Positions 1 to 13,228 of a DNA stretch of 64,000 nucleotides are shown here, piece by piece (position 1 is the stretch's first letter; every line of letters begins with the position of its first letter). The notes under the pieces are model-generated. The model made no database searches. It had not been told where the DNA came from and was given only the letters and a program-made list of their open reading frames with translations. The DNA is taken from NCBI GenBank assembly GCA_016748015.1, contig JAAOMT010000372.1:682001-746000 (forward strand), in the 5' to 3' direction. A program made the translations under genes and the position numbers. The DNA is from Geosiphon pyriformis uo1 (Eukaryota > Fungi > Glomeromycota).

Positions 1-1616
1 TGAGGAATTGCATAGGTTTTGGTAACAAGCATATCGCGAGATTCACTGCCAAGATTAATCAACGTGGAGCACCAAGTGACCGTACCATCATTCTGATAAA
101 TTTGTGTAAGGAATAAATTCAAAATTTTCATTTGATCTTTAATCTAGAAATTATTTGCACCTTTGGTTCAGTTGGATTCCTTTCTTGGTTTGCAATTTTC
201 CTTAAAGCAGACAACAAACGTGCACCCAAGACATTAGACACGATTGGGTCTTTGAAAATCAATGCCATGTCGCTAAGTGTAAAGTATTATTAAAAGGATA
301 TTAGCCTATTAGTCAAAACTCAAATTAAAATTTTTGAAAATCAATACCCAAAATCAGTGGTTCCCTTGTATTTGCTACAGTAGTTGTTAATGTTAATAAG
401 CCTATCTTGATTGAATCCTTTTCTGATGCCTTCATTAACATGCCAAATCAATTCAAAGGAAGGATCTGTTTTGCAAATCTACTTTAAATTGATATTAAAA
501 ATTGATATTTGAAGAGGCTTACTATAACCCCGAAATTCAATTAGAGCTTACCAAGATCTTATTGGCTTTCTGCATTGCCATAAATAAATCAAATCGAAAG
601 GAACAAATACTTGCCCAGCCAAATTGTATATATAGTTCCCGTAAAATAGGTTGTACTGCTTTAAACAGAACGGTACTGTCACCAATTACGTTCACAATTT
701 GTTGGACATTTCTTTGATTGACTCTGAGAAGAAGAAATTTCTTATTTTGATATCAAAAAATGTATATCTAAAATTTTATACAAATCTAACCGGGCATCCA
801 GGTACTCATTCACATTTGTTCCGCGCATCTCCCTTGACCATACACGCAAAATTGGGTCGCTCACATATCCCGTTAATTGGTAGACCAAGATTGAAGCAAA
901 CATGCGTGAATCTCTCTCAAAGAAACCTCTTTTTAATTCCAAAGGTGATTCCTTGTGAATTTGAAAATAGAAAAGAATTATACAATTGCGAGAAAGATTA
1001 AACTCAGAAAGAATAAGTAATGCAGTATAAAAGTACTTCACTTCTATGAACTGCTTATCGGGAAGTAATTCACGGAAGAGACCCTCAGTTTGGAGTGCGG
1101 GATACTTTTGAAGTAGAGCCATGATCAAACCGCGTATAGCCTTGATTTCACGAAGCTTCAAGGCTTTTTTCAGAAAAATATTGCTCCTAGTTTATTATGG
1201 ATAAGAGGAAATTATTAATGATTAAAATCCAAGTGCAAAATATACCAAACTTCGTAATGATAGACCTCACTTCTCATCATTCCAACTGTCGCTATGCATG
1301 TAAACTATGAGTCTTTTTTGTAACGCGGCAAGAATTCCAGTGTGAATTTCGTATCTAGACAAACCCGAAACTTCAAGAACAGGATATAAAGCCTAAAGTT
1401 TGCTCCTTGAGTTAAAAAAAGAATAAGATCAAAGGGCAAAGAAAGAAAAGATGGACTGACATTGATGTTGAAGTTTGGGAATTGAAGCCCTAGCTGTTCT
1501 TGGAACTCGCTTATAACAGAATGTGGATCATTTTCGGAAAGCTTATTCCTGATCTTATCAACGCCTTTTTGTCCAATTGTATATTTGTCAAGAAGATCCT
1601 CATGTGGAGAAGACAT
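1..1616 (-). CDS. NELFB: Negative elongation factor B / COBRA1-like protein; multi-exon, 3' end lies outside the window
   Basis: Spliced by hand with GT-AG introns. Exons are about 1616-1461, 1392-1271, 1186-1042, 951-791, 723-552, 478-348, 272-161 and 92-<1. The peptide is collinear with human NELF-B as recalled: KIRNKLSENDPHSVISEFQEQLG ~ LKETLTNCTEPLKAIEQFQTENG; ALYPVLEVSGLSRYEIH ~ ALPFLDLHGTPRLEFH; ICSFRFDLFMAMQ ~ YCTLRAELLMSLH; ICKTDPSFELIW ~ ICTVDPCHKFTW; GDMALIFKDP ~ GDLSMILCDP. Confidence 0.8.
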
Positions 1617-2148
1617 TATAAAATAGGACAATTCGTTAGACTTGTATCTTTAAAGAGAAGAAATAATACCGATAATGGAATTATTACGCCACGCGAAATT
1701 AAATGTGTCTCTTCCAAGTAGATGTATTGAATTGATTCACATATAGTAGATTTTCATAAAAACGATAATAAATATATTTTTTTAATTCGCAGTTTGAAAA
1801 TAATTAATTATATACTTTATTTATCATTTTATATTTTACAAAATTATTAACTAATCTGTTATATTAATTAAGTAATAATATATTATTAATAAAATCCCTA
1901 TTTAACCAACTTGAATATTGATAATTAAAATATTTTCAATTACATTAAATCTATCAATATTAATATTATAAAGGAATGAAATACTATTAAACAATTTGAA
2001 AAAAAAAAAAAAACTTCTTTCTCTCCTTCGTCCCAAATTCCTAAAAAAGAGTCATAAGTTTTTTTGAAAAGAAGTTTTTACAATTCAGTACGATAAATCC
2101 AAACCGTTTCTGCTTGATTACGAGGCCATTGTTGGTCCCAATGTTGCT

Positions 2149-3942
2149 GTGATGAAGAAATCTGCCAAAGGCTTTGGCACTGATACTGTTAGTAAAGATG
2201 TTGCTTCTAGAAAAAAAAGAAAGAGTGGTGTTCTAAAGGATGGTGCAGCTCAAAAAATGGTTTTGTCTGATAAAGCAGTTGGTGGTTCTTGGGGGTCTGA
2301 AGCTGGGGATACCTCTGAATCCAACAGTGTGAACATGGAAGAGGAGTTTTTGATTAAGGAGACTAGTGTAGATTATGGAGAAAGAAATTTTTTGGAAGGA
2401 AAAGACATTAACCAAACACCTAAAGGGCTTAAGGTGGTTACTAAGCAAGCTTTGGGTAAATCTCTGGGCAAAATTAATTTTCTGGGCAACAATGATAATA
2501 ATAATGTTCTGTTAGATGGTCTTTTAGAACTTTTTCCTCCTTTAAAAAATTTGGTTAATGTCTCTGTTCGGAAGTTGTTTGCTCTGGATATCGAGTTAGA
2601 AAAAGTGACTGGGAAATCCGCTCAAGAAAAACTTTCTGTGGTTAGGAAATTATTTTCAGGAATTAATGGTTTTGGAGGAGCCTTTACCTCTTCAAAATTT
2701 GCTGGGATCATCAGAGTGACGTTCACTTCCGAATTAAGCTTGGTGCAGACCTCAAAAAAGGCTGGAAATGTGAAAATTTTGGTTAATGCTAATCTCAAGA
2801 AATCAACTGGTTAATCAGATCAGGCTGTGGTGGTAAAGAAAATTCCAGTTAAAACATCAGCTGAGGCTGTGCATACTGTGTTTTCTGAATTTGGTTCTGT
2901 TGTGTTGATTAAAATGCAATTGGTAGAGCTATGGCAAAAAGCTGTGGTTGAATTTGCCCAATTGGATCAGGCTGATTTGGTTACAGCTAGATGATCCATT
3001 TTGATTGGGAAGGATGCTGTAAGAGTGGCTAAGGCTAATTTGGACAAGAAATCATAAGACATGAGGGATCAGCATAGGACTTTGCTCTATATACTGCCAA
3101 TGGGCACTAATGCACATGATATTTGGAACTTCATTGGATCTGCGGGTGGAAAAACATGTGTCATCAATCAACACTTTATTACATATGCCCAGGCCAAGTA
3201 TGCTATTGTTTGTTTTGACTTTGTTGCTTCAATTAATGCTATTATGGAAACTATGCCTGTCTTGAAGAGTGCCAATCTGCATTGGGCTCACCTGAGTTCT
3301 GCTAAGTGTGCTAAGTGTGGAAATTTGGGTTATATATCTCTGAGTTGTTTTATGAGTGAGAAAAATTCTTCTGGTGGACTGGCTTACAGGATATTGTCTG
3401 AGGATCATAAAAGCAGGCTGGCTTCCATTTATATAAGATGCTTTGCTCCAATCTTCCACTCTGTGTCTTTTGGTGGTGTTTCATAGACCAATATTGTTGG
3501 TGGGTTTTCTTTCCTTCCTCTTTTTGTACACAATAACTCAGCTTCTTCTAGTTTCTCTTCGGAGATGAAACCTACCCTGATGGTGTCTGTGGAATTAAAT
3601 AATAGGTTTGCCACTCTTGAGCATAGTCTTACCAGTCTTATGGAATGCATTGATAAGTTGGCTAAGAGATTGGATTCACCTGGGCCAATGGTTTCCCAGC
3701 CTAGTCCTGGACATTAGCTGTTGGTAATCCCTTTATCACAAAATCAAGGGACAAATATAATAATGAGTGAGAGTTCGGGTGTGGCTACTAGTGGTGAGGC
3801 TATTGTGAGAGTGGCGGTTTTTAACTCTTTGGTTATGTTTAAAATGGAAAAGACTCTGAACAATCTTTCAATAATGGTTATGGATCTCTCAGCCAAAATA
3901 GACAATACTGGTTTGGTTTTTGCTGTTTCTCTCTCTCAATAA
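2149..3942 (+). pseudogene. LINE ORF1 (RRM-like segments plus degenerate CCHC knuckle), nonsense-mutated
   Basis: ORFs 2149, 3061 and 3721 are all in one frame. RRM-like segment VVVKKIP...FSEFGSV...KAVVEF; knuckle CAKCGNLGYISLSC. Confidence 0.8.
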
Positions 3943-6900
3943 TGGAGCTGGTGTGGAGATTTGCTACATGTAATGTTCGAGGTATTAATGTCTCTATCAA
4001 GCAGGCAGATGTTGTTCATTGACATAAAGAGTCTGAGAATGTAGTGTCTTTTATTACAGAAACAAAGTTGAGGCCTAACATCAGGTCTTGGATCATAAAC
4101 AAGTTTGAGGAAGTACGTGTCTTCTCTTCTGGTTTGGATAAAAGATTTTTTGGTGCTGAGGTGGCTATTATTATAAACAGTTCTTTGGCTTGTCATGTTT
4201 CCAAGATTGAAGACATTTCTGGTCAGATTATTTTGGTATGGCTTCTTTTCAAAGGCAAGCTTTCTGTTACAGTTTTGGGTTTGTATGCTAGTGCTTTTGC
4301 TGTGGACAGATTTGGTTAGACTTTGGAGATCAACTCTCTTATTGTTAAGGCTGTTAACTCCAGCATGTTTGTGGTTTTTGGCAGAGATTTTAATGAAAAT
4401 GGCTCTAGGAAAAGTGCAAGTTTCAAGTTTTGTTCAGATCTTGATTTGGTTAATTTATTTGCTGGGCATCCACTTGTTAATACTCCTATCTGGAGCAACT
4501 CAAGAGGTGTTGTAAAAGTTATTGATTTTATTTTTGTGAGTAAAAGTCTGTCTTTTGCAATGACTGGTCATTAAGTTGAACCTGCTTCTGAATTCTTTGA
4601 TACTAATCACAATGCTGTTTTGATCTCGATTGGCTTGGGTGGTCTGCTGAATACTAGCCTTAATAGTGTATATAAACAAGCTAATAGGAATAGGTGGAAA
4701 TTCAAAATTAAGGAAATTGGTATTGATAAGTGGTTGCATTTTAAGGAATGCTCACTAACCAGATTTTTGGCTAAATCTGTTGAGTTTAATAGTGTAAAAG
4801 TTGATGGAAATTTGGATGTTATGTAAGAGATCTTTAAGAACATGATGGTTGAGGCTGTTGATGAAGTGTTCTTTAAATGCTGGTTTAGTAAGCTAGATTG
4901 TTCGAAAAATAGACATTCATCAAGATTTTTCAAACTGAAATTGTTGGTGGCCAAATTGGTAAAGTGTTTAAGGGTATCTGACAGTTCTGAAACTGATCAC
5001 TTAATCTAAGCTTGGTCTAAAGTCAATAAAAAAGAGGCTTCTGGCTTGTGTAATATAATTGATGACAGTGCGAGTTTGGACTCTATTTTATATCACTTGT
5101 CAAATATTAAGAAAAAGTACCACAGGTCCAAATACATTGAATCCAGGGTGGCAAGAAACATATTTATCAGGAAGGTGATTGAAAAATGCATGGAGAACTT
5201 CAGTTCCAATAAAAGACAGATGATTAGAAGTGTTTTGAAGCATCCATTTCGCAAAGTAGTGCTTGACTATTTAGTTGTAAATAATGATCTGATATTGTTG
5301 CTTGATAAGGTTAAATCCACAGTTGATAATATTATGGAAGAGTGGACAAGGAAACATGCAATCTCTGATCTCATTCCTGTTTGATGGTCTAATCAGTATG
5401 CTCCTCTGGATTATGTTGACAATGATGCTTTTAGTGACATTATAAGTTGTATTAGTTCTAATGAGTTTTTTCAGGTGATCAAAAGTTTGTCCAATAGGAA
5501 AGCTGCTGGTCTTTCTGGCATTCTTTAATGAGCTTTGGAAACACAGTGATAAGCTAGTTTTGGGTAGTTTACTGAATATTACTAATGCCTGTTTGGTTTC
5601 TGGTGCTGTACTTACACAATGGAAACAAGCATGAGTCTCTATGATACTGAAACCATATGAATGGGGAAGAACTCTCACCAATACCAGACTGATTGCTTTG
5701 ATTGAAACAGCTCGGAAGATACTTTCCAAAATTTTATCTGACAGGATCTTTTTAGCATGCAGTAAGTTTGATGTGTTGCATGGTGATAATTTCTTAGTCT
5801 TGAAAAGAATGTCCACTCAGACTCCAATTTTCACTGTTGGTTTAATTGTTGAGGATGCACTAGAAAAAAATAAAGAGTTGTGGCTGGTTCTCCAGGATAT
5901 AAAAAAAGCATATGACTCAGTTGAGTGGTTTTACATGTTGAACAGTTTGACTAAGATTAAGATGTGTTCCCGCTTTATTAAGTTCTTTGGTGAAATACAC
6001 AATGGCTGTACCAATCAAGTGATGACTGATTTTGGGCTCACACAAGGCTATGTTGTCTATGATGGTCTTGACCAGGAGAAAGTTTTTTCACCATTGTTGT
6101 GGAGAATTTTTTACAATCTTTTGCTCTGCGAAGTCAAAAAACATAAAGAATTATATGAATACAGATTGGACTCAAAGTTTTTTTCTAGATCTGGCAAATA
6201 AAATCTCAAGGGTAGGTGGACTTCTTTTCTGGCAGCTGGGACTTTTTGTTGATGACACCATTTGGATTAATAATTGCAGGACTGCTACTCAGAATATTCT
6301 AAATATAGCTAGTGAATTTTTTCAGATTAATAACATTTCAATCAACACAGATAAAACAGTGGCCATTCCAATTAACAAAAGAGTAGGATGCCCTCAGCTG
6401 CAGATTAGTGGGTCCAATATTTTAATTGCTAAAAGGAATGAATTTCACAGATATTTGAAAATTTTTTTGTCTACAAGTAGTCTTTCCAAACCCAGTCTGA
6501 GCAAAGCCCATTTAGACATTAGGTTTTTTACAAATATGGTTTTGAGGAAGACTGTTTCAGACAAACAATTTTTGTATCTGGTGTCTGCAATACTTCAGTT
6601 CATAGTTAGCTATAGAATTCAGTTTACTTATATGCTGCTAGATGTGTGTGAAAAATGGGACAGATTGTTGAGAAAAGGCTTTAAACTCAAAGCTAACTTA
6701 CTTAAAGACTTTTCCAATAAAGCTTTGTACCATCCGGAGTTGTATAGTTTGAAGTCATTCGGTTATTTACAAGCTGAGTACTTACTAGCTAACTTGGTTA
6801 ATTTCACCAACTCGAAGGGTGTCCTCAGCAGATTGTTTGAACATAGGGCTATGGATCTACAGGCCATCAGTTAGATGCCCCAGCAACCCTTGAGCTTTCT

Positions 6901-7409
6901 GGTCACATTGTCGATCAATCTCACAAACTACTTTCTGGCTGGCATAACCAACATATTGTTGTCATGTGAATTTTTCTTGATCAATAATGTCCCTAATGTT
7001 TTTCGATCTGGCATTGGAGTTCCTGTTGTGGATATATTGGGTGTTAAACTCTACTTGAGTGTGGTTAAATTGCTATGAAGATTTGGCATTGTTTTTGCAA
7101 GCCAGCTTCTGAACTGTCATGGCATATGCTTTAAGTAGAGCACATTTTGCAGATAGAAGAGATTAGACCCCAGGAGCTGTGCTCCTAATTAGTTTGTTTC
7201 TATAGTCAAGTTTATTGAGAACAGTGGTGTGGTTGGTGGTAATTCTGTTGTTTGTCGTTTTGCTTCAAGTGGGTCCTTGTACGATTTTGGGTTCATTAAT
7301 GAACATCTTGTGCAATTTGGATTCAATGTTCTAAATGTTCATACTGATGGCTCGGTTAAGAATTTGGGGTCTGTGGGTGCTTGTGGTGGTGCTGCTACTT
7401 ACTTCTCAT

Positions 7410-7814
7410 TGTTACGGATAAACTTGGTGGGTATGTGAAATGATAACGTTTGGTGCTCTCAATTATTGATGATGCGTCTTCCGTGTAATTCTGTTGGCTT
7501 AGTCTTGATTATCAGTCTCTGAAGGTCTATTTCTGAATGTGAATTTTATCCATTGAGTTCTTTAGTTATAAGACACAGAGTTTGTCTTTCATTAATTGCA
7601 ATGTTTTTCGTAAATGTGAACTTTCTTTTCTGAGCTAACAAGCACAGTCGTTAGGGTTTGGCATTGTCTTTTTGCCCTTCTGGTAAGCTAACAAGATAAT
7701 ATTAATATCCAAAACTTAGAGGGAGCTTCCCTTTTTTACCAGACTATCACAAAGTCTATTCTCAAACAGTCGATTTTACTATATTGCCACTCTACAAAAA
7801 TAAGACAGAAAAAG

Positions 7815-7848
<34 letters not shown>

Positions 7849-8493
7849 GAAAAGATAAATTAGTATCGTCAATTGCCGTGATCAAGAGCGATTGGTCCAA
7901 ATCATTAATAGATTCGAGGCAGTTATGCTAAAAGCATCTGTCCTAGAACAGAGGTATGAGACAAAAATTAATTCACGTAAATTCCATGAAGTTCGAGAAC
8001 ATGAATTCGTGATTCTGATTTCTTTAATAATTGGTTTATTTCAAGAGATAAAATAAGAAAGATAATAAAGGATGAAGAGGTATGGATAATTTTAATTCTT
8101 GTCTAAAGGTTCGTATCTATCTGTCTGTCTTTTTTCACTTCTATCACTACTTGTTTTTATACATTTTTTTGGTTTTACAGAATTGCTTTCAATTGTCTCG
8201 CTATTGCTAGCTATTGCTTTGTTGTTTCTGTTATTGTTTCGTTTTTCTATATTATTGCTAGTTATCCTATGTTATAACACATTATCTGACATTATTACAT
8301 GTTATTCTGTATTATCCTGCATTATAACACATTATTCTATGTTATTGCGTGTTATTCTGTGTTATTCTGCATTATGACATGTTATCCTATGTTATAACAT
8401 GTTATCCAACGTTATTGTGCATTATTCTGTGTTATGTCATGTTTTGATCATGTTTCTTCATAACTTTAGATCGGTTTTTCTATTCGGGTAACA
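7410..8493 (-). mobile_element. Solo LTR (related to the family C/E LTRs) inserted in the LINE RNase H
   Basis: TGTTAC...GTAACA termini. Decayed 4-bp TSD TCAT/CTGT whose removal restores the LINE frame. Its reverse complement shares blocks (TAGTCTGGTAAAA, TAGCTTACCA.AAGGGCA) with the LTR at 18545-19437. Internal short tandem repeats at about 8260-8440. Confidence 0.85.
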
Positions 8494-9006
8494 CTGTGCA
8501 CCAACCTAGATGTGGGTGTTAGGGTTTATGGTCTGCTGTTTTCAACTTTTGCAAAACTGCAGGCTATTGCTCTTGCTTTGGACTGCATTTCTGCTTTGAG
8601 CTCTGTTGTTTTGCATATGGTCAGCCAGGCTTCTTTGATTATATGTGTGTCTTTGGGCTGTTCTGTTAACCCTGATTTTTGCGAAAAATGCTGGATTAAA
8701 AAGGAATGCATCCATTCTACTATTGTTTCTAAAAATCTGTCAGTTGCTTGGGTCAAGGTTAAGAGTCACTCTGGGATTATTGGCAATAAGTGTGCTAATT
8801 TTTTTGTAGATGCTGTCACCAATTCGAAGTTTGTGCTGTCTGTCAGTGTAATGCATTGTTTTCTTGCTGTTGAAGGTAGATCTGTATCAGGTAATGCTCG
8901 TCGCTTTGTGAGACATCTGTTTGATGCTGTTAATTTTGCTGGATGAGAATCTAGATGTGCTAGATATGCTGTGGATTTTGATCTCAATGTGCATTTTGAT
9001 ATGCGC

Positions 9007-9643
9007 TGTTATTAGATGAAATTAGAGATATTATTTAGCATAAAATTATCTTTATAATTCCTATCATTAATTAGCATATATTATCATTTCAAATTATCAC
9101 TTATTACATTAGCAAAATGTCTGAAATTATCATTTAATTAATAACCCAAATTGTACATAACACAAATATAACCTAATTGTGATGATCAATCATGCAATAC
9201 CCCAAAATATGTAACATTCAAAAGTTTGCCAAAATTTGTAGAAATTCGCCAAAATAATTGATAGTTCACCAAAATATTTAATAGTTTGCAGAAATAACTT
9301 GTAGTTCACCAAAATGTATCTTTAGTTCAGTGAAATTATAGAAAAGAGCAAAGTTCAAGTTCATAAAATAGTGTTATGACAAGTTGTATAAAAGAAGAGC
9401 TTCTCTTTTTGAGAAAATGTATCTTACTTTAGATTTATTAATTAAAATCATCCCTTACACACAAAAACAAAATAAATATCAAATAATTTGAAAAATCAAA
9501 ATCCTTAGTTATTTCCCTTTTGAAATTAACCAATTCCTACTAAACAGTTTGAAATTGATTAACTACCAATTTCAGTAAACTGTTAAAATGCTTCCAGGTC
9601 TGGATCCAAAATGACTTTAACAAATCAATTCCTTATTTCTTTT

Positions 9644-9716
<73 letters not shown>

Positions 9717-10041
9717 CTTTTCTTATCATAATCATTAGGATAGTCTACAGACGAGAATTCCTGTAGAAGAGTTGACTTTCACAGCAAAGTAACTACACAT
9801 TTTTGTAAGCTTTCAGATGAGCAATTCCTAGGAAAGAGTTGACGTTTACTACAACATAACTACACAAAGCAACTGGCACAGAATTGGCCATTCCACTTAT
9901 AAGCCCAGCAGTTCAAATTATAGGAGATAATTTGAAGATAAATTCAGTTATCGAAGGTTCAAACACTTCCCATAGTTGTGAATTAACAGCATTACAACAA
10001 ACATACAAAAGCTAAGAAGAGACCAAAAACCTCTGGTAATA
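9007..10041 (+). repeat. 5' LTR of Gypsy A
   Basis: Direct repeat of 15423-16404, differing by transitions and poly(T) length. Confidence 0.95.
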
Positions 10042-10055
10042 TTTAGTGCTCTCCC

Positions 10056-11430
10056 ATGGAAATAACACAGCAACAACAAATTCAAAGTGGCAACCACATC
10101 AAACACAGCAACTTTAGAGTATTACCAGTCAATTTACACCCACTGCAAGCAAAGATTCAACATTCTAGACGGAATTGAAGTTGTCAAGAAATCAGTATAC
10201 CAATACATTAAAAACTACATCAACAATTATCTTTTTGGAAACTACAATATTTCAGAAGTTAAAAGCAACCTCTATAATAATTTAGTGCACTATTCACAAT
10301 TGAGAACAGAAGACTTAAACAGTAAAACACTTGCTACCTACTTTCAAGAACTTAATTTTAACATTATTGAGTATTGTGAAGAAAAATACCCAGTACAGTC
10401 TAAATACTCTTTTGATTTTGAATTAGATACAGAAACAAGCAACAAAGGCAAACAAAGATTGAAGCAATACCCAAGAACCACTCCAAACACTCTAACACTA
10501 CAAAAGACAACTACCAAACACTTACAAACACCTGAACAAAGAACCAGTTCAAAACTTCCACTTACTATCACACCTTTTCTAGCTTTACTTGCACAAGCAC
10601 AAACACCTAATTCACTCTTAAATCAATTTGCAAAACCAGAAGATTTTACGTCATTCAGAAGTCTCACCAGACAACAAGAACCCCTTCAAACTAGTTCCAA
10701 TCTTCTTAACTTTCTAGCTGAAAATCAAAGTGAATACTCTGAGACAGCAGTGAATGAAGAAAACAACTCTAAAATACCTAAAAAAGAATCAATAGACAGT
10801 AAAAACAAAGAAGACAAAATGACAGCATACATTGCAAAAATCTCTGAATTTAATAGAAAAGACATTGAAACCAGTCCTCAAGAATGGCTTGACCAAGTTA
10901 CTAAAGCTGGAGATGCAAATGGATGAAATGCTGCCAGAATGTTAAGAACAATTCCCTACTTTCTCACAGGAACAGCAAACAAATGATTTGAAAACTTGAC
11001 TACCTTTTTTAATGACTGAACAGCTTTCAAAACTGTCTTCTTAAAACAATTCACCGATAACAACACCTTAATCACATTTCGAAATTATTTTCACAATATC
11101 AACAAGAACCCTTCAAATTTGTCATGACTTATATTGGAAAATTCAACAAACTTCTCAGATGAATTTGCCAACTTGAAACTAATAATTATTATTTTGATGC
11201 TCAAATCTTGAATCAATTTATCACTGATTTAAAGAATAAACTGATTAAAAAAATTCACCCACATGCCCCAGAAGATTTAAACTTTGCCATTCAGCATGCA
11301 AAGAGATATTAAATGGCCATGAAAGAAGCCAATCATATAAAACTTGTGAACTTAGCCATTGGAAAAACCAGCTCAGCAGCTGAGGAAAAAATTGACCAAC
11401 TTACAAAGAAAGTTGAAAACTATTTCACCT
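10056..11430 (+). pseudogene. Gypsy A gag (retrotransposon capsid-like), C-terminally deleted
   Basis: ORF 10087-10926 plus its continuation: IAKISEF...PQEWLDQV..AGDANGW...IPYFLTGTA.KWF...FLKQF...ILNQFI. Confidence 0.75.
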
Positions 11431-13182
11431 TTTGGAAAACACTCTGAAATCTATACCTGCCCAAAGCCAACAACTACCCAACAAATTTTTGAGTCCAATG
11501 AACAAATTTGCTTGGAACATAATATCTCAATCCCAAATATTTACATCCCAGAAAGAACAAAGAAAGTTCAAGTTACTTTTTACAACCCCAATAATTACCC
11601 CATAGTTTTATTAAATAACTTAGAAATTGGAGTTATTCACAATAATATCTTTCAACAAGAATCACCCCAAACAGTCCCCGATTTCTCTGAAATTATTGGA
11701 CATTCACTACCAAAAATCAACCCAAATCCCAGCTCTGAAAACTACTATGTTGTCATGGAAAAACTATCTCGAATCAACATGGGACAACTTGAATCACAAC
11801 AACAGAGCCAGCTCAAAGAGCTAATTGCAGAATTTGCTAATATCTTTGCCAAAAACAACAATGACTTAGGAAGAACCAATTTGGTTCAACACCAAATCTA
11901 TACAGAAGATGCCAAACCAAGGCAACAGCAAGCCTACCAAGTTGCTCCAAAAAGTCACCAATTTATCCGTGAAGAAGTACAATGGATGCTCAACAATGGG
12001 CTTATTTAACCATCAATGAGTCTATGGGCCTCATCTGTGGTCTTAGTTAAAAAGAAAAATGAAAAGATACAATTTTGTATTGATTATCGACAACTTAACA
12101 GTATCACCATTGGAGATTCTTATCCCCTTTTCTGAATTGATGATATGTTAGATGCCCTTGGAAAGGCCAAATACTTTTCAACATTAAATTTAGAAAGTGG
12201 ATACTGGCAAGTTGCCATGGATCCCAAAGATCATTCCAAAACAGCATTTACCACTTAAGGAGAAAATTACAAGTTCAACATAATGCCTTTCGGATTATGC
12301 AATGCACCAGCAACATTTCAGAGATTAATGGATATTGTGTACAAAGAACTTCTTTGGAAGTCAGTAGTCGTTTATCTTGATAATACTGATGTATATTCTC
12401 CATCATTCGAATGACACTTAAAACACTTACAAAAAGTTTTTCAACAATTATGAAAAGCAGAACTGAAACTCAACATCAAAAAATGCTACTTTGGAAAAAC
12501 AAGCTTGGTCTTCCTTGGTCATATCATTAGTAAAGATGGAATCAAACTGGATTCTGGAAAAATCAGCACTGTTAAAAACTTCAAAACTCCTCAAAACACT
12601 ACAGAACTAAGAGGATTCATAGAGTTAGCCTCCTACTATCAGAAGTTTATCAAAAAATTCTCAGAAATCACAAAACCTCTCAACCAGCTTACCACCAAAA
12701 ACGTCAAATACAAATGGACTGCTGAACACCAAAACACATTTGAAATCCTCAAAGAAAAACTAATGACAGCTCCAATTTTTGCCTATCCAGATTTCAGCAA
12801 CCGATTCCAGTTAGCAACAGATGCCTTTTATACTGCCTTTGGTGCCATCCTATCACAGTTAGATGACAATAAAAATGAGCAAGTAATTGCTTATGCTAGC
12901 AGAACATTGAAACCAGCCAAAAAAAACTACCCTGCAACAGAATTAGAAACTGCAGCAGTAATTTGGGCCCTACATCACTTCAACCTTTACTTCAAACCCA
13001 AAGAATTTGATATTATTACTGATAATATTGGACTCAAATGACTTCAGAACAAAAACACTCAGCTAAATGCAAAACAAACCCGATGGACAGGATTTTTAGC
13101 CAACTACCAATACATTGTACATCACAAACCAGGAAAACTCCACACTAACATTGATTGTCTCTCAAAAATGAGGCAAGCTTAG
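11430..13182 (+). pseudogene. Gypsy A pol remnant: linker, RT and RNase H (protease missing)
   Basis: FCIDYRQLN, SGYWQV, MPFGLCNAPATFQR, VYLDN (YxDD), LATDA, IAYASRTL, ELETAAV. Ends HTNIDCLSKMRQA*. Confidence 0.9.
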
Positions 13183-13228
13183 AATACAAAACCAACACCC
13201 ATTTGAATTAACAACAAAACAACAAACA

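Noticed and set aside
605-620. GC-AG intron donor in the NELF-B gene
   Set aside because: The frame reads through (FGWASICSFRFD), matches NELF-B, and uses the GT donor at 551.
3000-7200. Alternative genetic code suggested by frequent TGA/TAG at Trp positions
   Set aside because: The stops are a mix of TGA, TAG and TAA from TGG/CAA/CGA transitions, are confined to repeats, and host genes use standard stops.
8260-8440. Short tandem repeats resembling a CRISPR array (also 54780-55600)
   Set aside because: There are no unique spacers and no cas genes, the context is eukaryotic, and the first set lies inside an LTR.
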